A stretch of DNA of 32,000 nucleotides, from the NCBI RefSeq assembly GCF_000981785.2, contig NZ_CP011304.1, positions 1,500,001 through 1,532,000 on the forward strand. Direction: 5' to 3'. The position numbers and the translations under genes are program-made. Below, one piece after another: positions 8,722 to 17,703 of the stretch. The notes under the pieces were generated by a model that saw only the letters and a program-made list of their open reading frames with translations, was not told the DNA's origin and searched no databases. Every line of letters starts with the position of its first letter. The stretch's first letter is position 1. Origin of the DNA: Microcystis aeruginosa NIES-2549 (GTDB lineage: Bacteria > Cyanobacteriota > Cyanobacteriia > Cyanobacteriales > Microcystaceae).

Positions 8722-9510
8722 ATGCTAGGCGCAAAAAAATCGCTCAATCTATCCCTACTTAAAACTCTTGGTTTAGTTGCCGTTATCGGTGGACTAATCA
8801 TGGCCATTGTCGAAATGCAACAGGAAAAGGTGAAAACCTTGACCAAAGAAAAGTTATTAGAAAGAAATTATAGTCAAGAATCTCGCCTAGAAAATGCTCA
8901 AGTTGAGTTATTAAAAAATATGCCAGCTTTTGGCTTTGACAATATGTTAGCCAATTGGTCAATGTTACAGTTTATTCAATATTATGGCGATGGGGATGCT
9001 CGTCGGGAAACTGGTTACGGTTTAAGTCCCGATTTTATGGAAATTGTCACTAAAAATGACCCCAAATTTGTCCGCGCCTATTTGATGATGTCCGTCCCTT
9101 CTTCCCTGAATGCTGGCAAACCCGAAAGGACCGTTGAGATTATGAATAAAGGTTTATCAAAACTCACTCCTGATGTCACCGATGCCTATTTTATTTGGTT
9201 ATATAAAGGAGTGGATGAACTATTATTTTTAGGTGATATTCCTGCGGCGAAAAAATCGCATCAAATGGCTGCCGATTGGGCGAAAATTGCCGGTAATAAA
9301 TTTATCGAAAAATCCGCTAGGGGAACAGTAAAATTTTTAGAAACTAATCCCGATAGTCGCGCTCCTAGAGTCGGTGCCTGGATGTTAGTCTGGCTGAATA
9401 GCCAAAACGAAGAAACCCGCAAGTTAGCTAGGGAAAATATCGAAAAATTGGGCGGTAAATTGCTTGTGTTCGGCGATAATCAAGTGATGGCAATTCCCCC
9501 CAAGGATTAG
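8722..9510 (+). CDS. Membrane-anchored conserved hypothetical protein downstream of the pilin genes
   Basis: 262-aa ORF with one N-terminal hydrophobic helix (LGLVAVIGGLIMAIV) and a helical soluble part. Same strand as the pilins. From recall, Synechocystis may have a comparable pilA1-pilA2-hypothetical gene arrangement; this is unverified. Confidence 0.7.
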   Translation: MLGAKKSLNLSLLKTLGLVAVIGGLIMAIVEMQQEKVKTLTKEKLLERNYSQESRLENAQVELLKNMPAFGFDNMLANWSMLQFIQYYGDGDARRETGYGLSPDFMEIVTKNDPKFVRAYLMMSVPSSLNAGKPERTVEIMNKGLSKLTPDVTDAYFIWLYKGVDELLFLGDIPAAKKSHQMAADWAKIAGNKFIEKSARGTVKFLETNPDSRAPRVGAWMLVWLNSQNEETRKLARENIEKLGGKLLVFGDNQVMAIPPKD

Positions 9511-9970
9511 GGGTTGGCATCTTTTTTATCCTGCCAAAACTTATGATTTAATAAGCAATCAATATCCTTAGAAAAAGGACAAATATCGGGAAAATTAGCA
9601 TCATATTAAATTCGCATATTCTCCACCGCTTCCTGATAACAATTGTCACAAATATCGGTCAAAAACTGCATAAACTAGGGGAATCTTTAAGGATAGCTTT
9701 TAACTGGGATTGAAAGCGTTTAATTGTTACTTCCCAACCTCGATAACAGTCGGACAAAGGAAGATAACGCCGTTTTAAAGCCTGTTCAAATAATGTAATT
9801 AAACGGTTTTTTAGTTCCCTTTTGTCTCGTCTTCCCAAAGATTCCACCTCCTCGATCAAATTCTCTAAATCAACCTGAGATAGATATCCGGATTTTAATT
9901 GCTTAACCGTTTTCTCTATCCACAAAGCAAAATCTTGATCATAAAGATTTTTTACCTTTGCTAAAGTCAT
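9507..9970 (-). pseudogene. DUF29-family gene disrupted by one frameshift and one in-frame stop
   Basis: The track ORF 9659-9970 (LYDQDFALWIEK...LENLIEEVESLGRRDKRELKNRL) is the DUF29 N-terminal two thirds. The rest reads on in another frame (FMQFLTDICDNCYQEAVENMRI), hits TAA at 9606-9608, then continues YDANFPDICPFSKDIDCLLNHKFWQDKKDANP to a stop at 9507-9509. Confidence 0.8.
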
Positions 9971-10204
9971 AATTTTGACCTTCTCTGTTGAGTAATTACC
10001 TTCATTTTACCGAAACTTCGCCAACAATTTAAGTCTGAATTGGCACTTACTTAAAACTTGCTGAATAAATCTAAAAACCTTGTTGGATAAGGGTTTTAGA
10101 CTTTTTTCCCCGCAAAAAGTGCTGACCATTGGAGGGATCGGGGGTAAAATTCAGGTACTTTTTCCCTGAAAATTAGGTAACTGACTACCTCAAAATTGGT
10201 AAAA

Positions 10205-10243
10205 CCCTACACCCCACACCCCACACCCCACACCCTGCCCCCA
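10205..10243. repeat. CCCCA/CACCC-rich simple repeat (second copy of 63-94)
   Basis: CCCTACACCCCACACCCCACACCCCACACCCTGCCCCCA, read directly. Confidence 0.8.
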
Positions 10244-10416
10244 CCAACAAACTTTTTCAGCAGACCCTACTTAAAACTTGCATTAAAAGTCGCTCGGTTT
10301 GGGTGCATCTCACATTTTCGGAAATACCGATAATCAGCAATTATCAGTCACTCTTAAACTGCTACAAATGTATGAACAGCCGCGTGTAAGCATCCCACCG
10401 AAAAGCTAATGCGCGA

Positions 10417-10476
10417 GGGGTTTGGGGACGGCGCTTGCGTCCCCAACGGGGGTTTGGGGGGTAGAACCCCCCAAAA
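10417..10476. repeat. Two adjacent GC-rich hairpins, each preceded by GGGGTTTGGGG
   Basis: TTGGGGACG-gcgcttg-CGTCCCCAA (10422-10446) and TTTGGGGGG-tagaa-CCCCCCAAA (10453-10475). No flanking T-run on either strand. Confidence 0.7.
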
Positions 10477-10567
10477 GACTGGATTGATGACACAAACCTA
10501 AAAAGCACAGTTTTTAAACTGCACTGATCGAGGGATAATATAACCTTGATATTGACCATGGCGACTT

Positions 10568-11503
10568 ATGAAAATTTTAATTATGGGTGGAACCCGATTT
10601 ATCGGTGTTTCTTTGACTAAAGTGTTAGTAGAACAGGGTCATGAGGTAGTATTATTCAATCGTGGCAATAAACCCGCTCCGGTTGCCGGAGTACGACAGA
10701 TACATGGCGATCGCACTGACCCCTTACAACTTAAAGAAAAGCTTAAAAATGAGAGTTTTGAGGCAATTTTCGATAATAATGGCAGAGAATTAAGTGATAC
10801 TCAGCCCCTCGTCGAAATTTTTAGGGACAGAATCGGGCATTTTGTCTATGTTAGCTCGGCGGGGGTTTATCTAAAATCCGACCAAATGCCCCATAAAGAA
10901 GGGGATAAACTAGATCCCAAAAGTCGCCACAAGGGAAAACACGAGACAGAAAACTATTTAAGCGAGATGGGTTTACCCTGGACTTCCATCCGTCCGGTTT
11001 ATATCTACGGACCGGGCAACTATAATGACCTAGAAGCTTGGTTTTTTGACCGTTTGGTTCGTAATCGTCCTATTCCTATACCTGGTCATGGGGAACATTT
11101 TACCCAATTTGGTCACGTTGTCGATCTGGCTAAGGCCATGGCCGCAGTATTGGGTAATTCTCAGGCTATCGGTCAAGTGTATAATATTTCAGGCGATCGC
11201 TATGTAACTTTTAACGGTTTAGCAAAAGCTTGCGCGGCAGCCATGGGGAAAAATGCCGAGGAAATCGAGATTGTTAACTATAACCCCAAAAAATTTGACT
11301 TCGGCAAAAAGAAACCTTTCCCCCTGCGGGTTCAACATTTTTACGCTGATATTAATAAAGCTACCCGGGAGTTAAACTGGCAGCCTGAATATGATCTCGT
11401 CAGTGGTTTAACAGACTCCTTCCAGAATGATTATCTCGCTTCCGGTCGCGATCGGCAAGAAATAGACTTGGCGATCGATGACCAGATCTTGGCAAACCAA
11501 TAA
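10568..11503 (+). CDS. NAD(P)-dependent epimerase/dehydratase-family SDR (CSP41-like)
   Basis: 311-aa ORF with N-terminal Rossmann motif MGGTRFIG. Overall resemblance to cyanobacterial/plastid CSP41-type proteins (recall). Confidence 0.8.
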   Translation: MKILIMGGTRFIGVSLTKVLVEQGHEVVLFNRGNKPAPVAGVRQIHGDRTDPLQLKEKLKNESFEAIFDNNGRELSDTQPLVEIFRDRIGHFVYVSSAGVYLKSDQMPHKEGDKLDPKSRHKGKHETENYLSEMGLPWTSIRPVYIYGPGNYNDLEAWFFDRLVRNRPIPIPGHGEHFTQFGHVVDLAKAMAAVLGNSQAIGQVYNISGDRYVTFNGLAKACAAAMGKNAEEIEIVNYNPKKFDFGKKKPFPLRVQHFYADINKATRELNWQPEYDLVSGLTDSFQNDYLASGRDRQEIDLAIDDQILANQ

Positions 11504-11551
11504 AATTAATTTTCTGGTGGGGAGTTTTTTACTGTGAGCAGTGAACAGTAA

Positions 11552-11738
11552 GGGACTTGCGCTTTGATAATGTACCTTTTGGGCGAACGCAGTTCGCCCC
11601 TACATTGTGGACAAAATCAGTTACTGTAGGGGCGCAAAGCTTGCGCCCTCCGAGCGCTCAGGTTTGCTGATCACCCTAAGTAGGGGGAGAGAGCCTTCGA
11701 GATGTTGGGGACTTGCGCTTTGATAATGTGCCTTTTGG
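11552..11738. repeat. REPIN-like doublet of GTAG-flanked hairpins bounded by 31-bp direct repeats
   Basis: Direct repeats GGGACTTGCGCTTTGATAATGT(A/G)CCTTTTGG at 11552-11582 and 11708-11738. Inside lie GGGCGAAC-gca-GTTCGCCC-CTACA and TGTAG-GGGCGCAA-agc-TTGCGCCC in inverted orientation. Confidence 0.8.
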
Positions 11739-11798
11739 CCGGTCTGATTCTTCTACAGAGCGATTTTCTGCCTGGGACATTATTCCCACGCAAGTCCC

Positions 11799-12011
11799 TT
11801 ATTGGACATTCCACCAACCGAAGGCCGGCCCGACAAAACGAATAACTAGCCAAACCCCGGCTAAAACTCCTATACCAATCCAGGCACCCCTAGTGGTTAA
11901 CTTGTAAGCTTGGGATGCTTGACTTTTGGTAATCGGTAGCCAAGGCAGGATATTTTCTTCCTGTCCATACTTATCACCCAGGGCCGATTGACGACGTTTT
12001 GATTCACCCAT
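11799..12011 (-). CDS. Small membrane protein (DUF2839-like)
   Basis: ATG at 12011 gives MGESKRRQSALGDKYGQEE... with a C-terminal TM helix (AWIGIGVLAGVWLVIRFV). The track start at 12062 is a TTG extension. Family name is from recall. Confidence 0.6.
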   Translation of the reverse strand: MGESKRRQSALGDKYGQEENILPWLPITKSQASQAYKLTTRGAWIGIGVLAGVWLVIRFVGPAFGWWNVQ

Positions 12012-12164
12012 ACTAATGTCAGTTATTAAGAGGTTTTTCTCTGATTGTATATCGAAAGACAACAGGCCACACCCAATCCTACTGCGTGAAGGGGGGCGAT
12101 CGAAACTGACGGCCGACGACTGACTGTTATAAAATTAAAGGTTGCGACTGAAACGAGAATAATT

Positions 12165-13400
12165 ATGGCAACCATTAACAGTAATTACTTAAAACTAAAA
12201 GCGGGTTATCTTTTCCCGGAAATTGCCCGACGAGTCCAAGCTTTTGCGGCAGCCAATCCCGATGCTAACATTATCCGTCTCGGGATTGGGGATGTCACCG
12301 AACCTTTGCCCCTAGCTTGTCGCGAGGCCATGATTAAAGCGGTGGAGGAAATGGGCGATCGCTCTAGCTTTAAGGGTTACGGGCCCGAACAGGGTTATGC
12401 TTGGTTAAGGGAGAAAATCGCCGTCCATGATTTTCAGGCTCGCGGTTGTGAGATAAGTGCCGATGAAATCTTTATTTCCGACGGTTCTAAGTGCGATACG
12501 GGCAATATTCTCGATATTTTTGGAGATAATAACTCGATCGCCGTTACCGACCCAGTATATCCCGTTTACGTTGATACTAACGTTATGGCCGGACACACGG
12601 GAGAGGTCAACGACCGCGGCGAATACGAGGGTCTGATTTATCTGCCAATTACCGCCGAAAATAACTTTACTGCCCAGATTCCGGCGGAAAAAGTTGATTT
12701 AATCTATCTCTGTTTTCCCAACAATCCCACCGGGGCCACAGCTACCAAAGAACACTTGACAGCCTGGGTTAATTATGCTAGGGCCAACGGATCGATTATC
12801 TTTTTTGATGCAGCCTACGAGGCCTTTATCACCGATGCCAGTTTACCCCATTCCATCTATGAAATCGAGGGGGCGCGGCAATGTGCGATCGAATTTCGCT
12901 CTTTTTCTAAAAATGCCGGTTTTACCGGGACCCGTTGCGCTTTAACCGTGGTTCCCCAAAGTCTGATGGCCAAAGCGGCCGACGGGACGGATGTGCAACT
13001 CTGGAAACTGTGGAATCGTCGGCAATCGACCAAATTTAACGGCGTTTCCTACATTGTCCAACGGGGGGCCGAGGCGGTTTATTCCCCAGAAGGACAAGCA
13101 CAAGTAGAAGAACTTGTCAAGTTTTATTTACAAAATGCAACAATTATCCGAGAAAAATTAACCGCCGCCGGTTTAGAAGTGCATGGCGGCGTAAATGCGC
13201 CCTACGTTTGGGTAAAAACGCCCCAGGGTCTATCGAGTTGGGATTTCTTCGATAAACTGCTACATACCTGTAATGTGGTGGGGACTCCTGGATCTGGCTT
13301 TGGGGCCGCCGGAGAGGGTTATTTCCGGCTATCGGCTTTTAATAGTCGTGCCAACGTCGAGGCCGCTATGGAGAGAATTATCGATAAATTTCAAGGCTAA
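12165..13400 (+). CDS. dapL: LL-diaminopimelate aminotransferase
   Basis: 411-aa ORF. N-terminus [20 protein letters not shown] and PLP-lysine motif [14 protein letters not shown] are characteristic of DapL. Confidence 0.9.
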   Translation: MATINSNYLKLKAGYLFPEIARRVQAFAAANPDANIIRLGIGDVTEPLPLACREAMIKAVEEMGDRSSFKGYGPEQGYAWLREKIAVHDFQARGCEISADEIFISDGSKCDTGNILDIFGDNNSIAVTDPVYPVYVDTNVMAGHTGEVNDRGEYEGLIYLPITAENNFTAQIPAEKVDLIYLCFPNNPTGATATKEHLTAWVNYARANGSIIFFDAAYEAFITDASLPHSIYEIEGARQCAIEFRSFSKNAGFTGTRCALTVVPQSLMAKAADGTDVQLWKLWNRRQSTKFNGVSYIVQRGAEAVYSPEGQAQVEELVKFYLQNATIIREKLTAAGLEVHGGVNAPYVWVKTPQGLSSWDFFDKLLHTCNVVGTPGSGFGAAGEGYFRLSAFNSRANVEAAMERIIDKFQG

Positions 13401-13491
13401 TGGTCAAGAGAGGGATGTTTGCGGAAGCATCCCCCAACAACCCCATCGGGAATTGATAGACTGGTAACTACTCACCGACAAAGGCTCACCG

Positions 13492-14322
13492 ATGCGACCC
13501 TTTTGGCTAGAATCCTTACAGGTAGAAAGATTAACGATCGCAATTGCCAGCTTACCGGCAGCCCTGCAAGGGATCAAGTTGGTGCAGTGGTCAGATTTGC
13601 ACTGCGATGAACAGCATTTGCCTGTAGCTGTCCTGCAAGAAGCGATCGCCATTACTAATCAGGAAAAACCCGATCTCATCTTCCTGACGGGGGACTTTAT
13701 TACCTATAGTCCCAGGCCAATTTTTGCCCTAGTCGAGAGCATAAAAGCTCTCAAAAGTCAAGGGGGTATTTATGCTTGTTTAGGAAATCATGACAGTTAT
13801 CTTCCCAACGCAAGGGAAACGGTCAGATCGGCCTTAACTAGCGTGGGAATTCGGGTACTCTGGAATGAAATCGTCACACCCTACGGCGAAAATTTTCCCA
13901 TCGTCGGATTGGCCGATTATTGGTCCGGGGAATTTTTACCGCAAATCCTCGAGCAAATCTCCCCCGATATACCCAGACTCGTCCTTTCCCACAATCCCGA
14001 TACAGCCATGATTTTAAAGGATTGGCGCGTGGATTTGCAGTTATCCGGTCATACCCACGGAGGCCAAGTGACTATCCCCGGTATGGGTTCCCTACCGATA
14101 GTTTTAGAGGAACTTAGGCGATCGCTGCCTGAACCATATCGTCCATGGGTCCCCTTTCATCGACAGTTCAGCAGAGTAGTCCGATACTGGCAATGGTCCG
14201 AGGGATTTCATCGAGTCGGGGAAAATCAATTATATGTGAATCGCGGCTTAGGAACCTATTTTCCCGGTCGTCTTTTTTGTCCCCCCGAAGTGACGGTAAT
14301 TACTTTGATCAACGGCAGTTAG
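13492..14322 (+). CDS. Calcineurin-like metallophosphoesterase
   Basis: Motifs DLHCD, GDF, GNHD and GHTHGG occur in canonical order. 276 aa. Confidence 0.85.
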   Translation: MRPFWLESLQVERLTIAIASLPAALQGIKLVQWSDLHCDEQHLPVAVLQEAIAITNQEKPDLIFLTGDFITYSPRPIFALVESIKALKSQGGIYACLGNHDSYLPNARETVRSALTSVGIRVLWNEIVTPYGENFPIVGLADYWSGEFLPQILEQISPDIPRLVLSHNPDTAMILKDWRVDLQLSGHTHGGQVTIPGMGSLPIVLEELRRSLPEPYRPWVPFHRQFSRVVRYWQWSEGFHRVGENQLYVNRGLGTYFPGRLFCPPEVTVITLINGS

Positions 14323-14330
14323 TCTTGAAT

Positions 14331-14383
14331 CAGTGATCAGTGATCAGTTATCAGTTATCAGATTTAAGTTTTAAGTTTTAAGT
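14331..14383. repeat. Heptamer tandem repeats (CAGTGAT/CAGTTAT then TTTTAAG)
   Basis: CAGTGATCAGTGATCAGTTATCAGTTATCAG followed by ATTTAAGTTTTAAGTTTTAAG. The inverse array ACTGTTTACTGTTTACTGATAACTG lies at 14533-14560. Confidence 0.9.
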
Positions 14384-14417
14384 GTGGAGCATTAAATCAG
14401 CTGCTGACTATCTAAAT

Positions 14418-14515
14418 TACTCGTTAAGACTGCACCAGAGTTGGGAGCAGGGAGAGGGAGCTTGAGCATTTGTCCTAAAATTTCCCCTACGCAGTTTAAA
14501 TTCAGTACAGCTTAG
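14418..14515 (+). mobile_element. MITE-like ~100-bp repeat (copy 1 of 2 in the window)
   Basis: ~80% identical to the reverse complement of 21531-21630. The ends TTAAGACTGC ... GCAGTTTAA form imperfect terminal inverted repeats. Confidence 0.75.
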
Positions 14516-14572
14516 AATTTTCCTACTGTCTTTTCACTGTTTACTGTTTACTGATAACTGAAAAAACCCCCT

Positions 14573-16402
14573 ATGACAGAAAATAGAGATAACTTCAACG
14601 AAACTTATAAGGCACTAATTGAGCGCATTGTCAATCTAACTTTAGAAGGAAAAATTCGGGCTAAATCACAGGTTTATAACCTTTTGTCCGAGGGAGTAAA
14701 AAATGGCACAGGAGAAATTTTTGAGCGTTGTTTAACCGAAAAAATAATCTTTACTCGCTCACAGTTAGAAACAAAAATTAAAGCGACTAGGGTTTTACGG
14801 GCCCTGGAAACGATCGAAAGTGAATGGGAAAAATATCAAAAAACCAATCAGCAAAATTCTCTCACTGCAGCGGCGATCAATAATCTGGTAAAAATCGATC
14901 GAGAGGATCGTTTACTGACGTTAGTTAATTTAATTGATCCCAATCAAAATAATGCTTTAACCCTAGAACAATTACAACAGTTAGCCAAGCATTTACAGAC
15001 AGTTGCTCAGCAGCGGGGAGAAGCGGATTTATGGCAAATTGCCACGGGAATTAATCTGGGGTTAAATACTTGGTTAAATTTATCGAATGATCTCACCAGT
15101 TGGCTCTACGAACAAAATCGCAATCTTGGTTTTACTAATGATAATGAGCGAGTGACTCCCTGGCAAATTTGGGCAAGTAAAGTTAATCCCTCCTGGTTAA
15201 AACGAGTATTAGAAAGTTTAGCTAATCAACAAGCTTTTGATTCTCTCACCCAGGATTTAACTTTAGCCGATTGGGTAGAAACTGCCATTGTTTTTCAATA
15301 TATCCAAAGGGGACTAATTAACTTTTTTGATCAGCGTATCTATAGCGAAAAATTGGGAGCCAAATTATCTATTTCTACCTTTCTCACCTTTGCTTTAATT
15401 TGGTCACTTTTAACCAATAGTTTCGAGCAAGTTAGTAAAAATTCCCTCTATAGTCGGGGCTGTTTTCAGATGGCTTTACAAATTCTAAGAACCTTTGCTC
15501 AACGGGATTATTTTCCTTTATACGGAGGAATTTTCGCCTCCTTTTCTGGCAGTTATCTCAAGGAGGCATTAGATTATTTATCAATTCCTCTGCGTTATGT
15601 GGAAGGTACGGGAGAAAAGGCGAGAATTTTAACTTTAATTGCCTATTCTAATCGCATTCGCGGCGACTATCCACAGGCTAGAGAATGTCATCAACAAGCT
15701 TTAGAAATTGCTCGTCAACAGCAGGACTCTGCTTGTGAAATAGCTAATTTAAACCATTTATCCCGTCTCAATGCTATCCAAAAAAACTATACAGAAGCGA
15801 TTAATTTAAGTCAGAGAGCCTTAATTTTAAGTCGTCAACAGGGTAATAGTTTAGGACAGGCTAACGCTTTAGCTAATTTGGGTTATAGTCAGGTACAGGA
15901 AGCACAACAGTTAGAGAGATACGATCCCGAAATTTTTCCAAGTTCGATCGAGTATTTACAGCAGGGATTAAAGTTAGCCGAAAGTCTCCAAGATTGGCAG
16001 AGTAAATCCCTTTGTTGTAGCAGTTTAGGTCTAGCCTATATTATCCTGGAAAGACCTCAAGATGCGATTAATATTCTCCTGCAAGGATTGGAATCGGCCA
16101 AATACTACGGAGATCTATATCTGCAAGGTTTATTACTAACTTATTTAGGCGAAGCTTACTATCAAGACAAGAATTTTGAACAGGCAATTTATATGGGTTC
16201 TCTAGGAATGTATTGGCTGCACGAAATCGGTGCAGCAGAATGGCGACAAGCTGCTAGTCTATTAACGGTTATTCGCGGCAAAAATATCGCAGCTTTTGAA
16301 CAGACTTTCAGTCACGAACGTTCCTCCCTGATTAAATCTATTGGACTGGAAGGCTACCAATATATCTCAGAAATTCTCAGCAAATATCAACAGGGTAATT
16401 AG
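14573..16402 (+). CDS. TPR-repeat protein with an N-terminal domain of unknown function
   Basis: 609-aa ORF. The C-terminal ~270 aa shows repeated TPR-like A/L/Y/G patterns (ANALANLGYSQ, CCSSLGLAY, LLTYLGEAYY). Confidence 0.75.
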   Translation: MTENRDNFNETYKALIERIVNLTLEGKIRAKSQVYNLLSEGVKNGTGEIFERCLTEKIIFTRSQLETKIKATRVLRALETIESEWEKYQKTNQQNSLTAAAINNLVKIDREDRLLTLVNLIDPNQNNALTLEQLQQLAKHLQTVAQQRGEADLWQIATGINLGLNTWLNLSNDLTSWLYEQNRNLGFTNDNERVTPWQIWASKVNPSWLKRVLESLANQQAFDSLTQDLTLADWVETAIVFQYIQRGLINFFDQRIYSEKLGAKLSISTFLTFALIWSLLTNSFEQVSKNSLYSRGCFQMALQILRTFAQRDYFPLYGGIFASFSGSYLKEALDYLSIPLRYVEGTGEKARILTLIAYSNRIRGDYPQARECHQQALEIARQQQDSACEIANLNHLSRLNAIQKNYTEAINLSQRALILSRQQGNSLGQANALANLGYSQVQEAQQLERYDPEIFPSSIEYLQQGLKLAESLQDWQSKSLCCSSLGLAYIILERPQDAINILLQGLESAKYYGDLYLQGLLLTYLGEAYYQDKNFEQAIYMGSLGMYWLHEIGAAEWRQAASLLTVIRGKNIAAFEQTFSHERSSLIKSIGLEGYQYISEILSKYQQGN

Positions 16403-17499
16403 TGAATACACAGCATAAGTTATTAATTAATCTCTCGGTACTTTTTCCCCAACCCACGGGAATCAGTACCTACATTCTTAACCTCTTACCCTACCTAAAA
16501 AATTTAGAACCAACCCTACTAACAGCTAATAGTTATCCCGACTTTAACTGTTATTCTATCCCCAAAGGTCTCAGCCCCGATCGAGGAGCGAAAGGTCATT
16601 TAAAACGCTTACTCTGGACTCAGTTTCGGTTATCGTCAATTTACCGACAATTAAACGCCAATTTACTCTTTTCTCCCCTCCCAGAAGCACCGATAAATTC
16701 TCACTGTCGCTTTGTCGTCATGGTCCACGATTTAATTCCCCTGCGGTTTCCCAGTCTTACTTCCCCCTTAACCCACTATTTCCGTTATTATGTGCCGCAG
16801 GTATTACAACAGGCAAAACATATTATCTGCAACTCTCAGGCAACGGCCAAAGATATCACTGAATATTATCAAATTCCCGCCGATAAAATTACTTCTATTC
16901 CCCTAGCCTACGATCATCATCACTTTCGCCCTACTGAAGATAATAAGCCAGAACATCCCTATTTTCTCTATCTGGGTCGTCCCAATCCCTATAAAAATTT
17001 ACCGCGTTTAATCGCCGCTTTTGCCCAACTGCCCCCAGATTTAAGCGATTATCATCTTTGGATTGCCGGCAGCTTTGATCGCCGTTATACCCCCAATTTA
17101 CAACAACAAGCGCGAGAATTGGCAGTCAGCGATCGCATTAAATTTCTCGATTATATCCCCTACGATCACCTACCCAAAGTTATCAGTCAAGCCACTGCTT
17201 TAGTCTTCCCTAGTCTCTGGGAAGGCTTTGGATTGCCCGTTTTAGAGGCTATGGCCTGCGGTACACCCGTCATTACCTCAAATTTGTCATCTTTGCCCGA
17301 AGTCACGGCAACAGCGGCAATTTTAATCGATCCCTATCGAGTCGAGGCCCTAGCCGATGCCCTAAAAATTATCGCTCAAGATCGACAATTACACTCAAAA
17401 TTAAGTCATCTAGGCAAAAAACGGGCCGATGAGTTTAGTTGGCAAAAAACCGGTCTAGCTACGGCAGCAATCTTAAATCAATATCTAGGATGTGCTTGA
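16402..17499 (+). CDS. Family 4 (GT-B) glycosyltransferase
   Basis: 365 aa with the EGFGLPVLEAMACGTPVITS (EX7E) motif. The GTG start shares its G with the TAG stop of the TPR gene. Confidence 0.85.
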   Translation: MNTQHKLLINLSVLFPQPTGISTYILNLLPYLKNLEPTLLTANSYPDFNCYSIPKGLSPDRGAKGHLKRLLWTQFRLSSIYRQLNANLLFSPLPEAPINSHCRFVVMVHDLIPLRFPSLTSPLTHYFRYYVPQVLQQAKHIICNSQATAKDITEYYQIPADKITSIPLAYDHHHFRPTEDNKPEHPYFLYLGRPNPYKNLPRLIAAFAQLPPDLSDYHLWIAGSFDRRYTPNLQQQARELAVSDRIKFLDYIPYDHLPKVISQATALVFPSLWEGFGLPVLEAMACGTPVITSNLSSLPEVTATAAILIDPYRVEALADALKIIAQDRQLHSKLSHLGKKRADEFSWQKTGLATAAILNQYLGCA

Positions 17500-17555
17500 A
17501 AAGTCTTACAGTGGGGACCCCAGACAGGTGACAGCGTTTCCCATCAAAAAATAAT

Positions 17556-17585
17556 TTGACAGATCGGCAGCATTTGCTGTAGGAT
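17556..17585 (+). promoter_or_regulatory. Candidate sigma70-type promoter of tRNA-Ser
   Basis: TTGACA (17556-17561), an 18-nt spacer, then TAGGAT (17580-17585), 20 nt upstream of the tRNA 5' end. Confidence 0.4.
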
Positions 17586-17605
17586 TGATGATCGTGACCT
17601 CAATT

Positions 17606-17692
17606 GGAGAGATGGCCGAGCGGTTGAAGGCGCAGCACTGGAAATGCTGTTTAGGGGTAACTTTAACGAGGGTTCGAATCCCTCTCTCTCCG
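17606..17692 (+). tRNA. tRNA-Ser (anticodon GGA), class II with long variable arm; CCA not encoded
   Basis: Acceptor GGAGAGA/TCTCTCC, anticodon stem CAGCA/TGCTG with loop CTGGAAA, variable stem TTAGGG/CTTTAA, T-arm GAGGG-TTCGAAT-CCCTC, discriminator G. Confidence 0.9.
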
Positions 17693-17703
17693 TACCCAAA
17701 GCA

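Noticed and set aside
10362-10559. 65-aa ORF on the minus strand upstream of the SDR gene
   Set aside because: It is composed largely of the two GC-rich hairpin repeats (…GGFYPPNPRWGRKRRPQTPR…). The composition is low-complexity and repeat-derived, with no start context.
11671-11907. ORFs 11671-11853 (-) and 11713-11907 (+)
   Set aside because: They overlap the REPIN-like repeat region and the 3' part of the small membrane-protein gene. They are repeat-derived with no motifs.
13401-13440. Hairpin GGGATGTTTGCGGAAGCATCCC after dapL, considered as an intrinsic terminator
   Set aside because: The ~9-bp stem is reasonable, but it is followed by CCCAACAACCCC, not a T-run. There is not enough support to call a terminator.
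16399-16405. TAG/GTG one-base overlap between the TPR gene and the glycosyltransferase gene, considered as a sign of a novel system
   Set aside because: Translational coupling is common. TPR plus GT4 pairs are frequent in cyanobacteria, and nothing else in the sequence marks this as unusual.
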